DNA of 63,800 nt, filler included, from Asterionella formosa (lineage: Eukaryota): the NCBI GenBank assembly GCA_002256025.1. It is 14 parts of 14 records of this genome, joined end to end, with 100 filler letters (N's around TTAATTAATTAA, not from the genome) between each part and the next. Parts side by side here need not be neighbours in the genome. Positions count along the whole stretch, not along the records: positions 32,020 to 36,489 come from NKIB01013512.1; positions 36,590 to 41,062 come from NKIB01013513.1; positions 41,163 to 45,617 come from NKIB01013514.1; positions 45,718 to 50,165 come from NKIB01013515.1; 10 more parts are not named here. One strand, written 5' to 3'. Of the stretch, positions 35,085 through 46,845 are shown piece after piece; positions within the stretch are counted from its first letter, which is position 1; each line of letters starts with the position of its first letter. A model generated the notes under the pieces. The model worked only from the letters and a program-made list of their open reading frames with translations, was not told the DNA's origin and did no database searches. Made by a program: the position numbers and the translations under genes.

Positions 35085-36226
35085 TCGCTATTTGGATACC
35101 ATACTCTCCAAGTGAACTTCATAACGAGATTCAACTTTGTGGTTTTGAATATAGGACGTTGTTGGGGCAATTTCAACATCTATGCCAATGGACCAGGCTT
35201 TATATACAAACAGCTGTACAAAGGCTGGTGGCTCAATATCAAAATGCTCCTGGATCATTACATTTTGATGCGTTACTACAAATTGCAAAATCCCTGCCAT
35301 GTCAATATCCGGATATTCCACTTGCATTCAACAGAAATGTATCTAGGCAGGGGGGTTCCACGGTTTCGGTTTCACATATCAGTCAAGCTGCTCCTTCGTT
35401 GGGTGAGCCTACAGTCATAAGCGTTGAAGCTCACCAATTTGACAAAGATCAAACTTTCTGGCATATGCCTTGTGTTATGACTGGGCTGATCTCCACTTGT
35501 TCATCAATATCTGCCTAATTATCATCCACTCTTCAAGAACAGAAACATTTTTCTAGCTAATATCAGGAAACCTCTTCTTGGAATAGCACCTAACACCAAA
35601 GGCTATGCAGATGCTAACTTTGGAGGTGCCATGCGTATTTGACCGCTTAGCATATTCTGGTGGTGTCATTATGATTAATGATACTGCAGTCATTACATTG
35701 TGCCGCAAACAAAGTACAACAGCATACAATACTACTGAAGCAGAGCTTGATGCACCAGCCACCACCTTATCTAAACATGTTTTGTGGCTACGCATTTACA
35801 TGGAAGATATGTCAATTCCATCATGATGCTATCTCAATTGGAGAAGACAATTCTGGTGCTGCGTCATGGCAGAGACCATTTTACCTGGGTCTTGTCTGCT
35901 CTCAATTTAGCTGACCATTTTACCAAGGCACTCCCATTTTCTATTCTACGTGCACCTTGCATGACTATGATGGGTTATCAATTTATTGATGCAGGTCATC
36001 ATGTGGTTGCCATGCTTGCACACCCTGCCACATCAGGAGTTTCTTGACAATTTTTGATTCTACTTATTTTATCTCGTTTTGTTATGAGATGGGGGGGGGT
36101 GTTATGAATCACCTCTTTTCATTACGTGTCAATATATGTATGTGTCTGTTTTTGTCTTACAATAACTATCTTATCTAATTATCATTCTTCTATATCAACT
36201 TAATCTAATCACTCTTTTAACCAACA
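35085..36226 (+). mobile_element. Ty1/copia RT-RNase H 3' end, polypurine tract and probable short 3' LTR (about 36100-36226), decayed
   Basis: FEYRTLLG..W.TR, YADANFG, RKQSTTAYNTTEAELDA, IGEDN, NLADHFTKALP. A G9 PPT at 36091-36099 is followed by TGTT..AACA. Confidence 0.85.
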
Positions 36227-36589
36227 CACCTTCCAATCTCCTTTCAAGCTTGTCAGGTTAGTCATCAGACTCCCCTCCTCCCTTGTCTCCTTGTTCATCA
36301 AACTTGTCGATCTCTCTTGTCCCCTCCTTCACTGCACTATTTGTCTAACCATGGTTGGTGACGACTTTCAAAAGTAATTCCTCATGTGTTTTGACAAAAG
36401 CCAGTAGCTCAATCAAAAAGTAATGTCGATAGGCTACTATCACCACAGGAAACAAAGGCTCATACTGATAAGCCTCAGTCCCCTTACGANNNNNNNNNNN
36501 NNNNNNNNNNNNNNNNNNNNNNNNNNNNNNNNNTTAATTAATTAANNNNNNNNNNNNNNNNNNNNNNNNNNNNNNNNNNNNNNNNNNNN

Positions 36590-38145
36590 CAGGCTTGTCA
36601 AGACTGTCGTGATATGCCCTTTGATGAGTGGTATAAGGGATGCAGTACCCACAAGGGTCATCCTGCTCTACTTAGATCTGGTAATCCTGCATATGATTCG
36701 GTCTTTACAGATTGTTTGGATGGAATTGGGATGGATAGACGAGACTACTTAAGGCAACCTACAGACGAGCAGCTACTTCCTTGCTGGGTACGACAGTTGC
36801 GTGGTCGTCTTCTGTCCAGCAATTCATTAATTGACTTGCAGACATTTACAATCATCCAGGTTTCTATTTGTCTGTTCCTTCGCTTTGATGACTTCGTTGA
36901 CATCGAGCTAGTAGACCATTTCGAAGCAAAGCATTTTGTCTTTGATGATGCCGGAAATATCCGAGCTCTATGTCTAAAAGTCTTTGGGAAGTCAGACGAA
37001 AACTGGGTGCATCTGTTCCTCTGGATCGATGAAGAGTTCCCCGAGTTTTGTCCAGTGTCACTCCTACTGTCTTACATACACTGTGCAAAGATCAGGGGAG
37101 GTTTTCTTTTTCCTACAGAGGACGAATTAAAATGTCCACCGGCTAATGGCATTTTTGTCACGCAGATGTCCTACAAAGTGGGAACAAACCGGTTAACTAA
37201 ACTTGTTAGGGAGGTGCTTGGTTTGGAGAATCTGAAGGTTGGTATGCACATGTTCCGTAGGACTGGGTACCTGTTTGGACGTTGGAGTGGTGGAGCAGTG
37301 GAAGCCTTGATAAAATCTGCTCGACACCAGTCACTCAAGACTGCAATGTTATATGTTGAGGATGCAGATGCCCAGCTAGCAATTGCCCACATACACAACA
37401 ATCATTTAAACAAAGTGCGTACATTCAAGTCTATATTTGTCAAGGTGACTACAGCTACACTAGTATTAAACCTACCATCGGTGGTTTTTCAGTGCGAAAT
37501 TTCGGAGCTTTCTACAAGGTATGTACATGATCGATTGAATGTCCCAAGGTCACACCCAAGCTCCTTCAGTCCTGCGCACATATGTACCCTTGCTATGAGC
37601 TACGTACGGCCACAGAATGCCAATGAATAGCTCGAGTTATTTTTGAACGAGCTAACTACCCCTCGTGCAGAAAAATTACGCAGCCTGATCAACATTGTGG
37701 TACATGCACGAGTTATGAAGAATGAAGAAAATCGGATGTATTCTAATGCTATTGCTGCTACTACAAGTTATCAAGATTCAACAAAGGAAAATGGTTCTAC
37801 TAACACAGTTTATGCAATTGGAATAACGGATGCTGCTACCGTCCCCACAGCACCAAAGAAAAACCGGAAAAGTGGGTCCATAGAATTTGACGAGATTTTT
37901 GAGGTTGCAAAAACAAAAATTCTCATGAGAAGCTTGACTTGATCTTGAATCTTGCAAGAAAGATGGAGCGTCTCCTCCACTCAGATGTCACTGAAAGGAT
38001 GCGACTCTTTGATGTAAAATTCATCAAGCCGATCATCGCATGCTTCCTGAATCATTGCGACAGCAACAAAGACACTTTCCACAGTCTCCATCCCCAGTTC
38101 CTCCACTCAAAATTCTCCAAAGGCTGCGGATGTAGCAAAGGTTGA
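36590..38145 (+). mobile_element. Tyrosine recombinase gene (Crypton-like element), 5' truncated; one in-frame TAG and one frameshift
   Basis: Catalytic set: R (LFLRFDD, 36881), K (GKSD), HxxR (HMFRR, 37247), H (ARH, 37325), Y (37352). Also CPV..LL.Y and GFLFP. ORF 37643 is in frame past the TAG at 37628, and a frameshift lies near 37925. Confidence 0.85.
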
Positions 38146-38523
38146 TTGTAGAGTAAATTGGTTAGTAAAACAAAAGAAATTGCATGTTAGCGATAGCAAG
38201 AACCAGTGACCGCTTTCAATCATCACATTTGGTGAGTTTGCTGTTTATTTGCATTTCTGTGTGGTGATGTGCAAGATGCAACGTTGGAGATGAATATTGA
38301 AAAGGTGCACATGCGCAACAATAATATTTCAAAATGACTTTGTGACGTCATGTCGCCGCTGCACCACATTGCACCACCATAGACCTACTGGTACCTGGTA
38401 CCTGGTAGTATGGTACAGGAAGATCAGGAAGTTCACTTTTTATGCGCACCTTCTCAGTTTCGACGCACTCCCAATTGCTGGACGAGATCATTCCAAAATA
38501 AAAAATATCGTACTTTTAAGATG

Positions 38524-40060
38524 AGGGGTATCATACGATAACTGGCACAGAATTTTTCTGTGCATGATACATATTTCGTTATATGTATGATAAATGCATA
38601 CTATGACTGTGAACAGGCTAAGCTTACTCGTAATAATCAAACCACCACATAATTATCAAAACATTATCCTATTCTGTATATTCTTTTATCATTCACCTAT
38701 CCTGTCTTATATGATGGTAACTCTAATCGAAATAGCTGTTAAAAATAGGTTGAAATGGGTTGTAATTTTACTGTTGTATCACGAAATCATTTTTATGTTT
38801 CTACATTTTGTGTGGTCCAACAGCCAATCTTCCCCTTTTCTATTGTCTCAATGCTCTTGATGCATGCCTCCCGCCTCCCTTCAATGCTCGTGAGGATGCA
38901 TGCCTCCCGCCTCCCTTCAATGCTCGTGAGGATGCATGCCTCCCCCGCCACCCTTAAATGCTCTTGATACATGCCTCCCGCTTCCCTTCAATGCTCTTGA
39001 GGATTCCTGCCTCTCCCCCGCTTCCCTCCAATGCTCTTGAGAATGCATTGCCTCCTGCCTTCGAATCTCTTGATGCATACATCCCGCCTCCCTTCCACTC
39101 TGATTCTGAAACTCATCTGACTACTTGCTGCAAATACCATTTCCTTTTGATCCGATTCTGTTTTATCCATTTTGATTTCCTAATTATAATAACAATGAGA
39201 AGGAATTACTTGCTCGTTAGCCATGTTTTGTTTATGTCTCAACACTGCAGTCCCATTTTTTAGCATGCTCCACTTACCAGAATTCGATGAACTTTTCGCA
39301 TAATTCAGTAAAATAATGTGTCAGTCAATGATCACATAAGTACAAATCAATAAACTGTTCCACCAATGTCATTTATAACTAACAACAAAACTCTTTGATT
39401 AAAATTATCCTGAAAGATTGAAAAACAAACATGTGCCAATGATTTTCTAACAGTGGCTCATTGATCCAACAAGAGCATTTACAAGTTTTTGGTCGACATT
39501 GGTGGTATCCTGCTGAATGCGAAATATGCTTTTGAATTGATAGGGAAGGAGGCAATCATTTAGTCTTTGTGAACCCAAAAATTGATAACCTCCGCATGTA
39601 CTCTTGACATACAAGAATGCATAGATTCAGTTCACTTTTCCATTTCAATCCTTCTCAGCTGCAAGGTTTATCATCATTGTGGGCGTTGAAGCGTCGTTCT
39701 TTCAGTTTTTCTAGTCACAGGGGAGAGATTAACTTTCATTTCAGGATCATGTCGTACCGGTATGCATAACAAGGAACCTCTAAACATGATTTCAAATGTA
39801 TATATAGGCTATGTATATATTTATAAAATTTTGAAAACGTATAAATACATACACATAATGTTTATACTATCGTCAATTAAGGTTATTCATAATTCAAATA
39901 TATACAACAATGCATGAGGATATCATTCTTGTTTTCCACAACCTGATGTACTGTTTTTGAATTTTTCCGCATCAATTCTTGTACCTACAAGCAAGTAATT
40001 TAATTAAGCCCCTCAATAAGCGGGAGTCATACGAAATTTTTCACATGGTAGAAATCATAG
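38524..40060. repeat. Dispersed repeat family (probable non-autonomous element); second copy inverted at about 56785-57880
   Basis: gggtatcatacg..tggcacag at 38524 and gttttccacaacctg..cttgtacctacaag..ttaattaagcccct..gggagtcat at 39930-40050 match the reverse complements at 57840-57880 and 56785-56910. Confidence 0.65.
38849..39096. repeat. Minisatellite, about 7 units of 33-40 bp (caatgctcttgatgcatgcctcccgcctccctt)
   Basis: Head-to-tail degenerate units with no unique spacers. Confidence 0.9.
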
Positions 40061-40101
40061 AATATATACCAGTAGAAGAATCGCTCCAATCAATCTTTGT
40101 G

Positions 40102-40316
40102 AATTACAGATCATACCTCCTGGTTAGATATGATTGCCAATAAATAAGATCACAGATGACAATTTTTAGCTTTTTTGATCTTAATTTTAACATGAATATA
40201 TCTTACTACTAAAAAATTACAGATCATATTTTGATTAGATATGATTGCCAATAAATAAGATCACAGATAACAATCGTTAGCTCTTTTTATCTTACTTTTA
40301 ACATGAATACATCTTA
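40102..40316. repeat. Tandem duplication of about 113 bp
   Basis: aattacagatcata..ttagatatgattgccaataaataagatcacagat..aacatgaata occurs twice. Confidence 0.85.
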
Positions 40317-40596
40317 CATATATAAAATGATTGGTGAACATGAATTACATTCCTCTGTTTGATTGGCCTGGTTTGTGAGGTCTTGCAAACCCACGCCAGC
40401 CACATTGGATAAACATGTAACATTTTCTTGGGTGTACTGACAGTCCGGTTCTATATTCACGACGGGTACCTGGTACCAGTTGATGATCATGCATGACGGT
40501 ACCAGGTACCAGGTACCCTGGTACCCTGGTACCGTCATGCATGGCATACTTAATAATATATTGTCAACTCAATTTCAAGTCAACCACACCACCTGT

Positions 40597-41062
40597 TGTT
40601 GAAATTGCGTCCCGAAGCACTATATGCTTTCTTGTATCCTGTAAGGACACGTCAGGGACCAAATAGGCTGTAGATATAACAACGATGTCTCCGTGATCGA
40701 TTGTAATCGTTCCTAAGAGTTTTAATAGAATTATGGGTTTTTACTGTTGGCGTAGATTGTTTTCGAATTCTCTGGGACCATATTCTTTCTTGATTCATTC
40801 GATTCCATATGTAGTAGGTAATTTATACCGGGATTTTCTTTCCTAAAATATTTTCTCCAACACACTCCTGCTGGACACGGATGCTCACTTTGAATTCATA
40901 ATTTGCTGACGAAAATGAATAAATTTCGTTCCAACCAGTGGTTTCGTCATGTAGTCTGCTAACATTGCATCCGATGGACAGTACTTGATTTGTACTTCCT
41001 TTCTTTCAATAAGATCAGTAATATAAAAATATTTGATGTTGAAATGTCGCGTGCGTTTTCCT
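40597..41062 (-). mobile_element. Ty1/copia 3' end: RNase H tail, PPT and 3' LTR (40597-40862); same family as 13732-15558
   Basis: The minus strand reads HFNIKYFYITDLIERKEVQIKYCPSDAMLADYMTKPLVGTKF..*, then AGCAGGAGTG|TGTTGG and an LTR homologous to 15284-15558. Confidence 0.92.
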
Positions 41063-42089
41063 NNNNNNNNNNNNNNNNNNNNNNNNNNNNNNNNNNNNNN
41101 NNNNNNTTAATTAATTAANNNNNNNNNNNNNNNNNNNNNNNNNNNNNNNNNNNNNNNNNNNNCAGACGTAGTCTAGGTGAATTACTACTACCACTACCAC
41201 TAGCTAGATGATATCACATGACAATCACAAAATTTTCGACCATCATGACCCCGATTTCCACTTCTTATCAGCCTCTTCCATTTATCTTTTCACTCAAATA
41301 ATATACATATGTAGTAAGCTTAGGAACTGCTGATGCGTTTTTCCTGTAATATCAACAAGTGATTGCCTACATATACTCATGTCGAAATATCATCACCTTA
41401 GATTTGGAAACACCTTATTGAGATACCTTATCAATCTATTAGTATTAAGGTTTATATTTTCGCCAAGGGAGTGCTTTCATGATGATATTCCCTGAATTGA
41501 TTGACCTGCAACCAAATACCATGTCATGTAATTGCTACAACTTGTTGAATATCAGCCATGTGAAAATTGATTCCCCAAAAGCATTCCACTCATGACTAGC
41601 TAGAAGAACGCATCTACTGGTAAAAGCCTTTGGGGAATCACTTTTGCGCAAGTAATGGTGGTGATATTGAGGAACATGGTGAGGTGATTGAAGCGAGCAA
41701 ATTGGCTATAGAGATAAGGATAATATTTTGTACCAGTTTTACATGGGCTACTATAATTATTATTTTGATCATGCAACCAGCCTTAGGGTCATGGTGTGAA
41801 GGTCATGAGCTCAACTGTTGTGATCAAGCAACCGACAACCAGTGATTTTCTTGTTCGTTCATGCTGTGCTCCCGACCCAAATTTTGACGTGTATCTCGTT
41901 TTTACAACCTTGTTGGTTCGATCGGAGTAGACTACTGGTACAGGTAGCATATCTGGTTTATATGCAAGGAGACCAGCTCCACCTTTAGTAACCGTCCATC
42001 AAGCAACCTCCCTACTGACTGATTCCTATTAGTTGCTGGATTGGTTGGATTCATCAGCTAAATCAAAAATTGGTTTTTTAAAGTGAATC

Positions 42090-45000
42090 ATGGTCAGGAA
42101 AAAGTTAGATGAACGAGTTCGCACTCTGCTGGAAAAGTCGGTGGTAACAGGCCAACGCTCCCTGTTGGTGCTCGTCGGGTGAGTTTCATTTCTGTTGTTG
42201 CGAGTCATCATGGTTCATTCCTTTTCTCACGTCATTTCCCCTTGATTGAACCAAACACACACACACACACATATACACAGGGACCATGGCAAGGACCAAA
42301 TCCCCAACCTTCACCATTTGCTCTCCAGAACATCTGTCAAGTCCAGACCAGGAGTACTGTGGTGCTACAAAAACGAATTGGGATTTAGCACTCACAAGAA
42401 GAAGCGAATGAAGAAACTCAAACATAAGAAGGGCTTGGCGAATAGCGGTGGGGACATGGACAATTTTGAACTGTTTCTCTCGCAGACAAACATTCATTGG
42501 TGTTACTACAAGGATTCGCATCGCGTTTTGGGAACGACCGTCGGGATGTTGGTTTTGCAAGATTTTGAAGCACTCACTCCCAATCTGCTAGCGAGAACGA
42601 TGGAAACGGTCTCGGGCGGTGGACTTATTGTAGTACTGTTGCGAACTGTCAAATCACTCAAACAATTGTATGCCATGAGCATGGATGTTCATGCCAGGTA
42701 CCGAACCGAAGCCAGCGCGGATATTGTGCCAAGGTTCAATGAACGATTGATATTGTCGCTGGCCAAGTGCAGTAATTGCTTAGTGTGCGACGATGAGCTA
42801 AACGTCTTGCCATTGAGCAAGATGGCATTGAAGAAGCTAGGTGAACAAACATTTGAGAAAGGCGACGCCGGTGAGGTGATTACGACCATGACGAACGAAG
42901 AACGTGAGCTGCAAACCTTGCAAGAATCCTTGATTGATACACCTCATATTGGTGTGCTAGTAGAATTGACCAAGACGCTTGATCAAGCCAAGGCGCTACT
43001 AGTGGTGTTGGATGCGTGTTCCGACATGACAACGTCCAAGGGGACAATTGCCATGACAGCCGCTCGAGGCCGGGGCAAATCGGCGGCGATGGGTCTATCG
43101 TTGGCTGGAGCTATTTCCTTAGGGTTTAGTCAGATTGGGGTAACTGCACCCGAACCAGAGAACTTAGTATCGGTCTTTGACTTTTGTATACGTGGACTAA
43201 AGGCAGTAAAGTACCAGGAACATTTGGATTTTACGATTAAGTACAATACTGCATCGGGTCGAGAGGAGACCAAATGCATTGTTGCGATTCACTTGCACAG
43301 ATCGCATCGACAAGTCATTCAATATGTGCGCCCGAATGAACCAGATAAGTTGGCCTCATGTGAATTGGTAGCCATTGATGAAGCCGCTGCTATTCCATTG
43401 CCTGTTGTGAAGAAATTAATGAGTGGTGATCGATTAACGTTGCTGAGTTCAACCATTAATGGGTACGAAGGCACTGGTAGAGCTCTGAGTTTGAAATTGA
43501 TCAAGGAGTTGCGGGATGGTAAAGGGCAAGCAGGATTCAATGCTGCCAAAGAGGCTGCTAGCGAAATTTCAGGACCCCGCCAAGGGAAGGGCGAAGCCAA
43601 GGTGCATGAACAACGATGGGCAGCAGCAGCTGCCGCTGCCGGGGCTTCAAATGGATCGTCGTCACTGAAAGAAATTGAATTATCTACTCCAATTCGATAT
43701 GCACTCGGTGACCCGATAGAGTCGTGGCTTAACAAGCTCCTGTGCTTGGACTGTGGAACTAACGTTAGCCTCAAATTGTCTGGTGGTGCACCCGCACCGT
43801 TAGATTGTGAACTCTACAGTGTGGACCGTGATGCTTTGTTTTCTTATCATAAACTTTCCGAGGCTTTTCTGCAAAAAGTCATGGGCCTCTATACGAGTGC
43901 ACACTACAAGAATTCCCCAAATGACTTGCAAATGCTGTCGGACGCTCCGGCGCATTCGTTGTTTGTACTTCTTTCTCCGTCTGCGGAAGAAGATGCAGAC
44001 TCGTTACCTGATATTTTGGTTGTAGTGCAAGTTGCACTTGAAGGAAAGATTTCTCGAAAATCAGTGGAAGCTCAATTGGCCCGGGGTCATCGATCGGCAG
44101 GAGACTTGATTCCCTGGACTATTGCTCAGCAATTTGGAGATTCCAAATTTGCTCAATTGAGTGGGGTTCGTATTGTGCGTATAGCAACTCACCCGTCCTT
44201 GCAAGGAATGGGTTATGGATCGAGAGCTGTTGAGTTATTGTATCGATTCTACAATGGGGAAATGATATCCTTGACAAACGTAGAGTTGAGTGGGGAAGAT
44301 TCAGATGTGGAACTGAGTAAAGTGACACAAGATGAGGATACAGGGAGCGACGATGACAATGATGATGGCAGTAAGGAAGGAAAGAATGGACTTCAAAAGG
44401 AAATGCTCGCGCCAAGAAAACAACTGCCGCCTCTACTTCTTCCCTTGACTGAAGTGGATGCGCCACGTTTGGACTGGTTCGGTACTTCGTTCGGGCTGAC
44501 ATCGCCATTGCACAAATTCTGGACACGAGCTGGTATGCGTCTCCTTTACCTTCGACAGACCGCAAATGAGCTTACGGGAGAGCATTCTGCAATATTGGTC
44601 CGGGCGTTGCCCAAACGGACCGGAGTAGACGATGCGTGGCTACATGCCTTTGTTGGTGATACGAGGCGTAGACTCATTTCTCTCTTTAGTGGAGCTTTTC
44701 GTCATCTTGATATTCGATTGGTCCTTTCCGTGCTAGAGAATCTCGACGGCATGATGACGTCGGAATACGCCAGCAAGGGTGTTGAGCTACGGTCTGGATT
44801 GACATCCACCAAGGTTCAAGTGGATGAGCTGAGCTACTTTCTCACACTTCACGATCTTAAAAGACTCGAACTCTATGGCCGTAATCTCTGCGATCACCAT
44901 CTTGTTACAGATTTGCTGCCTTCCGTGGCTCGACTTTATTTCACAGGACGCTTTGGGTCTGATTTTCAACTATCCAGTTTGCAAGCTGCTCTTCTCTGTG

Positions 45001-45569
45001 GTATTGGGCTTCAAAATCGAGATGTTGAGGAGTTGACAAAGGAGATTGGTCTTCCCTCCAATCAGGTGCTGGCAATGTTCAACAAAGCAGTGCGTAAAAT
45101 GTCCATTGCATTAAATGCAATTGTGGAAGAGCATGAAGCGTCTGGTCTCCTTACTGGCGAAAAGCGAACCAAGGCGGAGCAAGCAGTGGGAACTATTCGA
45201 AATGTGTCTCAACAGACACTTGACGAAGATGCCAAGGAGGGAGCGAAGGCGGCCATGGACTTGTTGCATCATCATGCCACCCTGCTCCCACCAGAAATCG
45301 CAGGTGATGATGATATCATGCAATATGTTGTAAAGGGTTCTGACGATCAGTGGTCCAAGGCATTGGAAGAAAAGGAAGTGGATGACACTACCGGGACTGT
45401 CAAAATCAGTAGTGTAAGAGACGCAAAGAGAAAGCTTGACCAGCGAGATATTGAAAAAGAAATAGAGAACCAAACTCCCAAGTCCGAAAAATCCGCAAAA
45501 AAAAGCAAAGGTCCCTCATCAAAAAACTCCGCTAAAAAGACAAGGAAGAAATCCAAGGCATCATCATAG
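42090..45569 (+). CDS. NAT10: RNA cytidine acetyltransferase NAT10/KRE33; 2 exons
   Basis: Exon 1 is 42090-42178 (MVRKKLDERVRTL..LVLVG), the intron GTGAGT..CAG is 42179-42280, and exon 2 runs to 45569. Motifs: LQDFEALTPNLLART, AARGRGKSAA, IDEAAAIPLP, STINGYEGTGR, HYKNSPNDLQ, RIVRIATHP..MGYGS. Confidence 0.97.
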
Positions 45570-46845
45570 GACTTGTTTAAATAATATTTATTGTGAAGTG
45601 GACACTTACAATGGAACNNNNNNNNNNNNNNNNNNNNNNNNNNNNNNNNNNNNNNNNNNNNTTAATTAATTAANNNNNNNNNNNNNNNNNNNNNNNNNNN
45701 NNNNNNNNNNNNNNNNNCGGTATTTGCTATTTTGATCCAGAATTGTATGGTGTACCTTTTGTTCCAAACTCCCACGTATTAATAAGAATAGGTACCTACT
45801 GGTAGTACCCATCTGCAAATTACGTGAGTAATATGAGTAGATTTCAGCAAGGAGCAGCCTCAAACAAATAAAATAAAAGTACAAAGCCATTACAGACAAC
45901 AACACAAACTCACGCACCATTCAACTGTTTCACGGAGCTCTTAATTTTAGCAGCAATAAAAATCACTACTGTTTATATAAGAATGCTCCTGTTCACAAAA
46001 GGCATGATGAAATTTCAAGTGAATGTAGATAATAATAGCAGATCAGTGTGAGTTTTTGCTTGATGTGCAAACAAAAATAGCAAATTAATTCTACCAGAAA
46101 TGTATCCATTGCGGACCTCATGCTTGCATCATTGCACCTTTGTTTGTTGCAAAGAATAATGTGTGAGTTGATGAAAAAAATTGACACAGGATTTGATAAT
46201 ATGCAAGACAGCTGAAATCATCTGACATGAGGATGCTCTAAGAAGGGTTTCCCCATGTTGAAACACAATTTTCACTGCTTTGAAAGTTGCTTTTATGAGC
46301 TCTGATGGTCAAAAATCATGGCACATTCATGATTTCCTCGTGTACCACAACAATGTACAATCTACAAAGAAAAACCTTGCACAGTAGCAAATTCAAAAGT
46401 TAAGTGTGGCTATTACATATCACTACATTCTAAACTGTAAGCTTGTTGTATAGCATGTGGTCAGTGATGCTGGTTTTTGTCAATAGCAATTTCCACATAC
46501 TGGCCACCAGTATCTCATGCGATTTCTGACCTCTGAGAAATTGATATTTCTGGAAATAACTTAAAATGTTAAATGTTTATTTTTTGTCAGCACCATCAGT
46601 GTTGCCATTATGCTTGAGTTGACTCTGATCAGAGTGTAAGGTAGCCTAGGCTAGGCTACCAGAAGTATAGAGCCTGAAGGTGTTACCTGCAAAATGAAGG
46701 TATGAATGTTTTGCTGCAAGCGTAGTTAGCTACTTTGCAAATTTTGTTTCTGCAGGTTTCAATTCAAAATACACACTAACATCACAAGAATTCATTCATT
46801 AATATGCTTATACCAACTCGACAAATGATAGCCCCCTCTGATAGA

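Noticed and set aside
38849..39096. 33-40-bp repeats near a recombinase as a CRISPR or att-site array
   Set aside because: The units are head-to-tail and degenerate with no unique spacers, which makes it an ordinary minisatellite.
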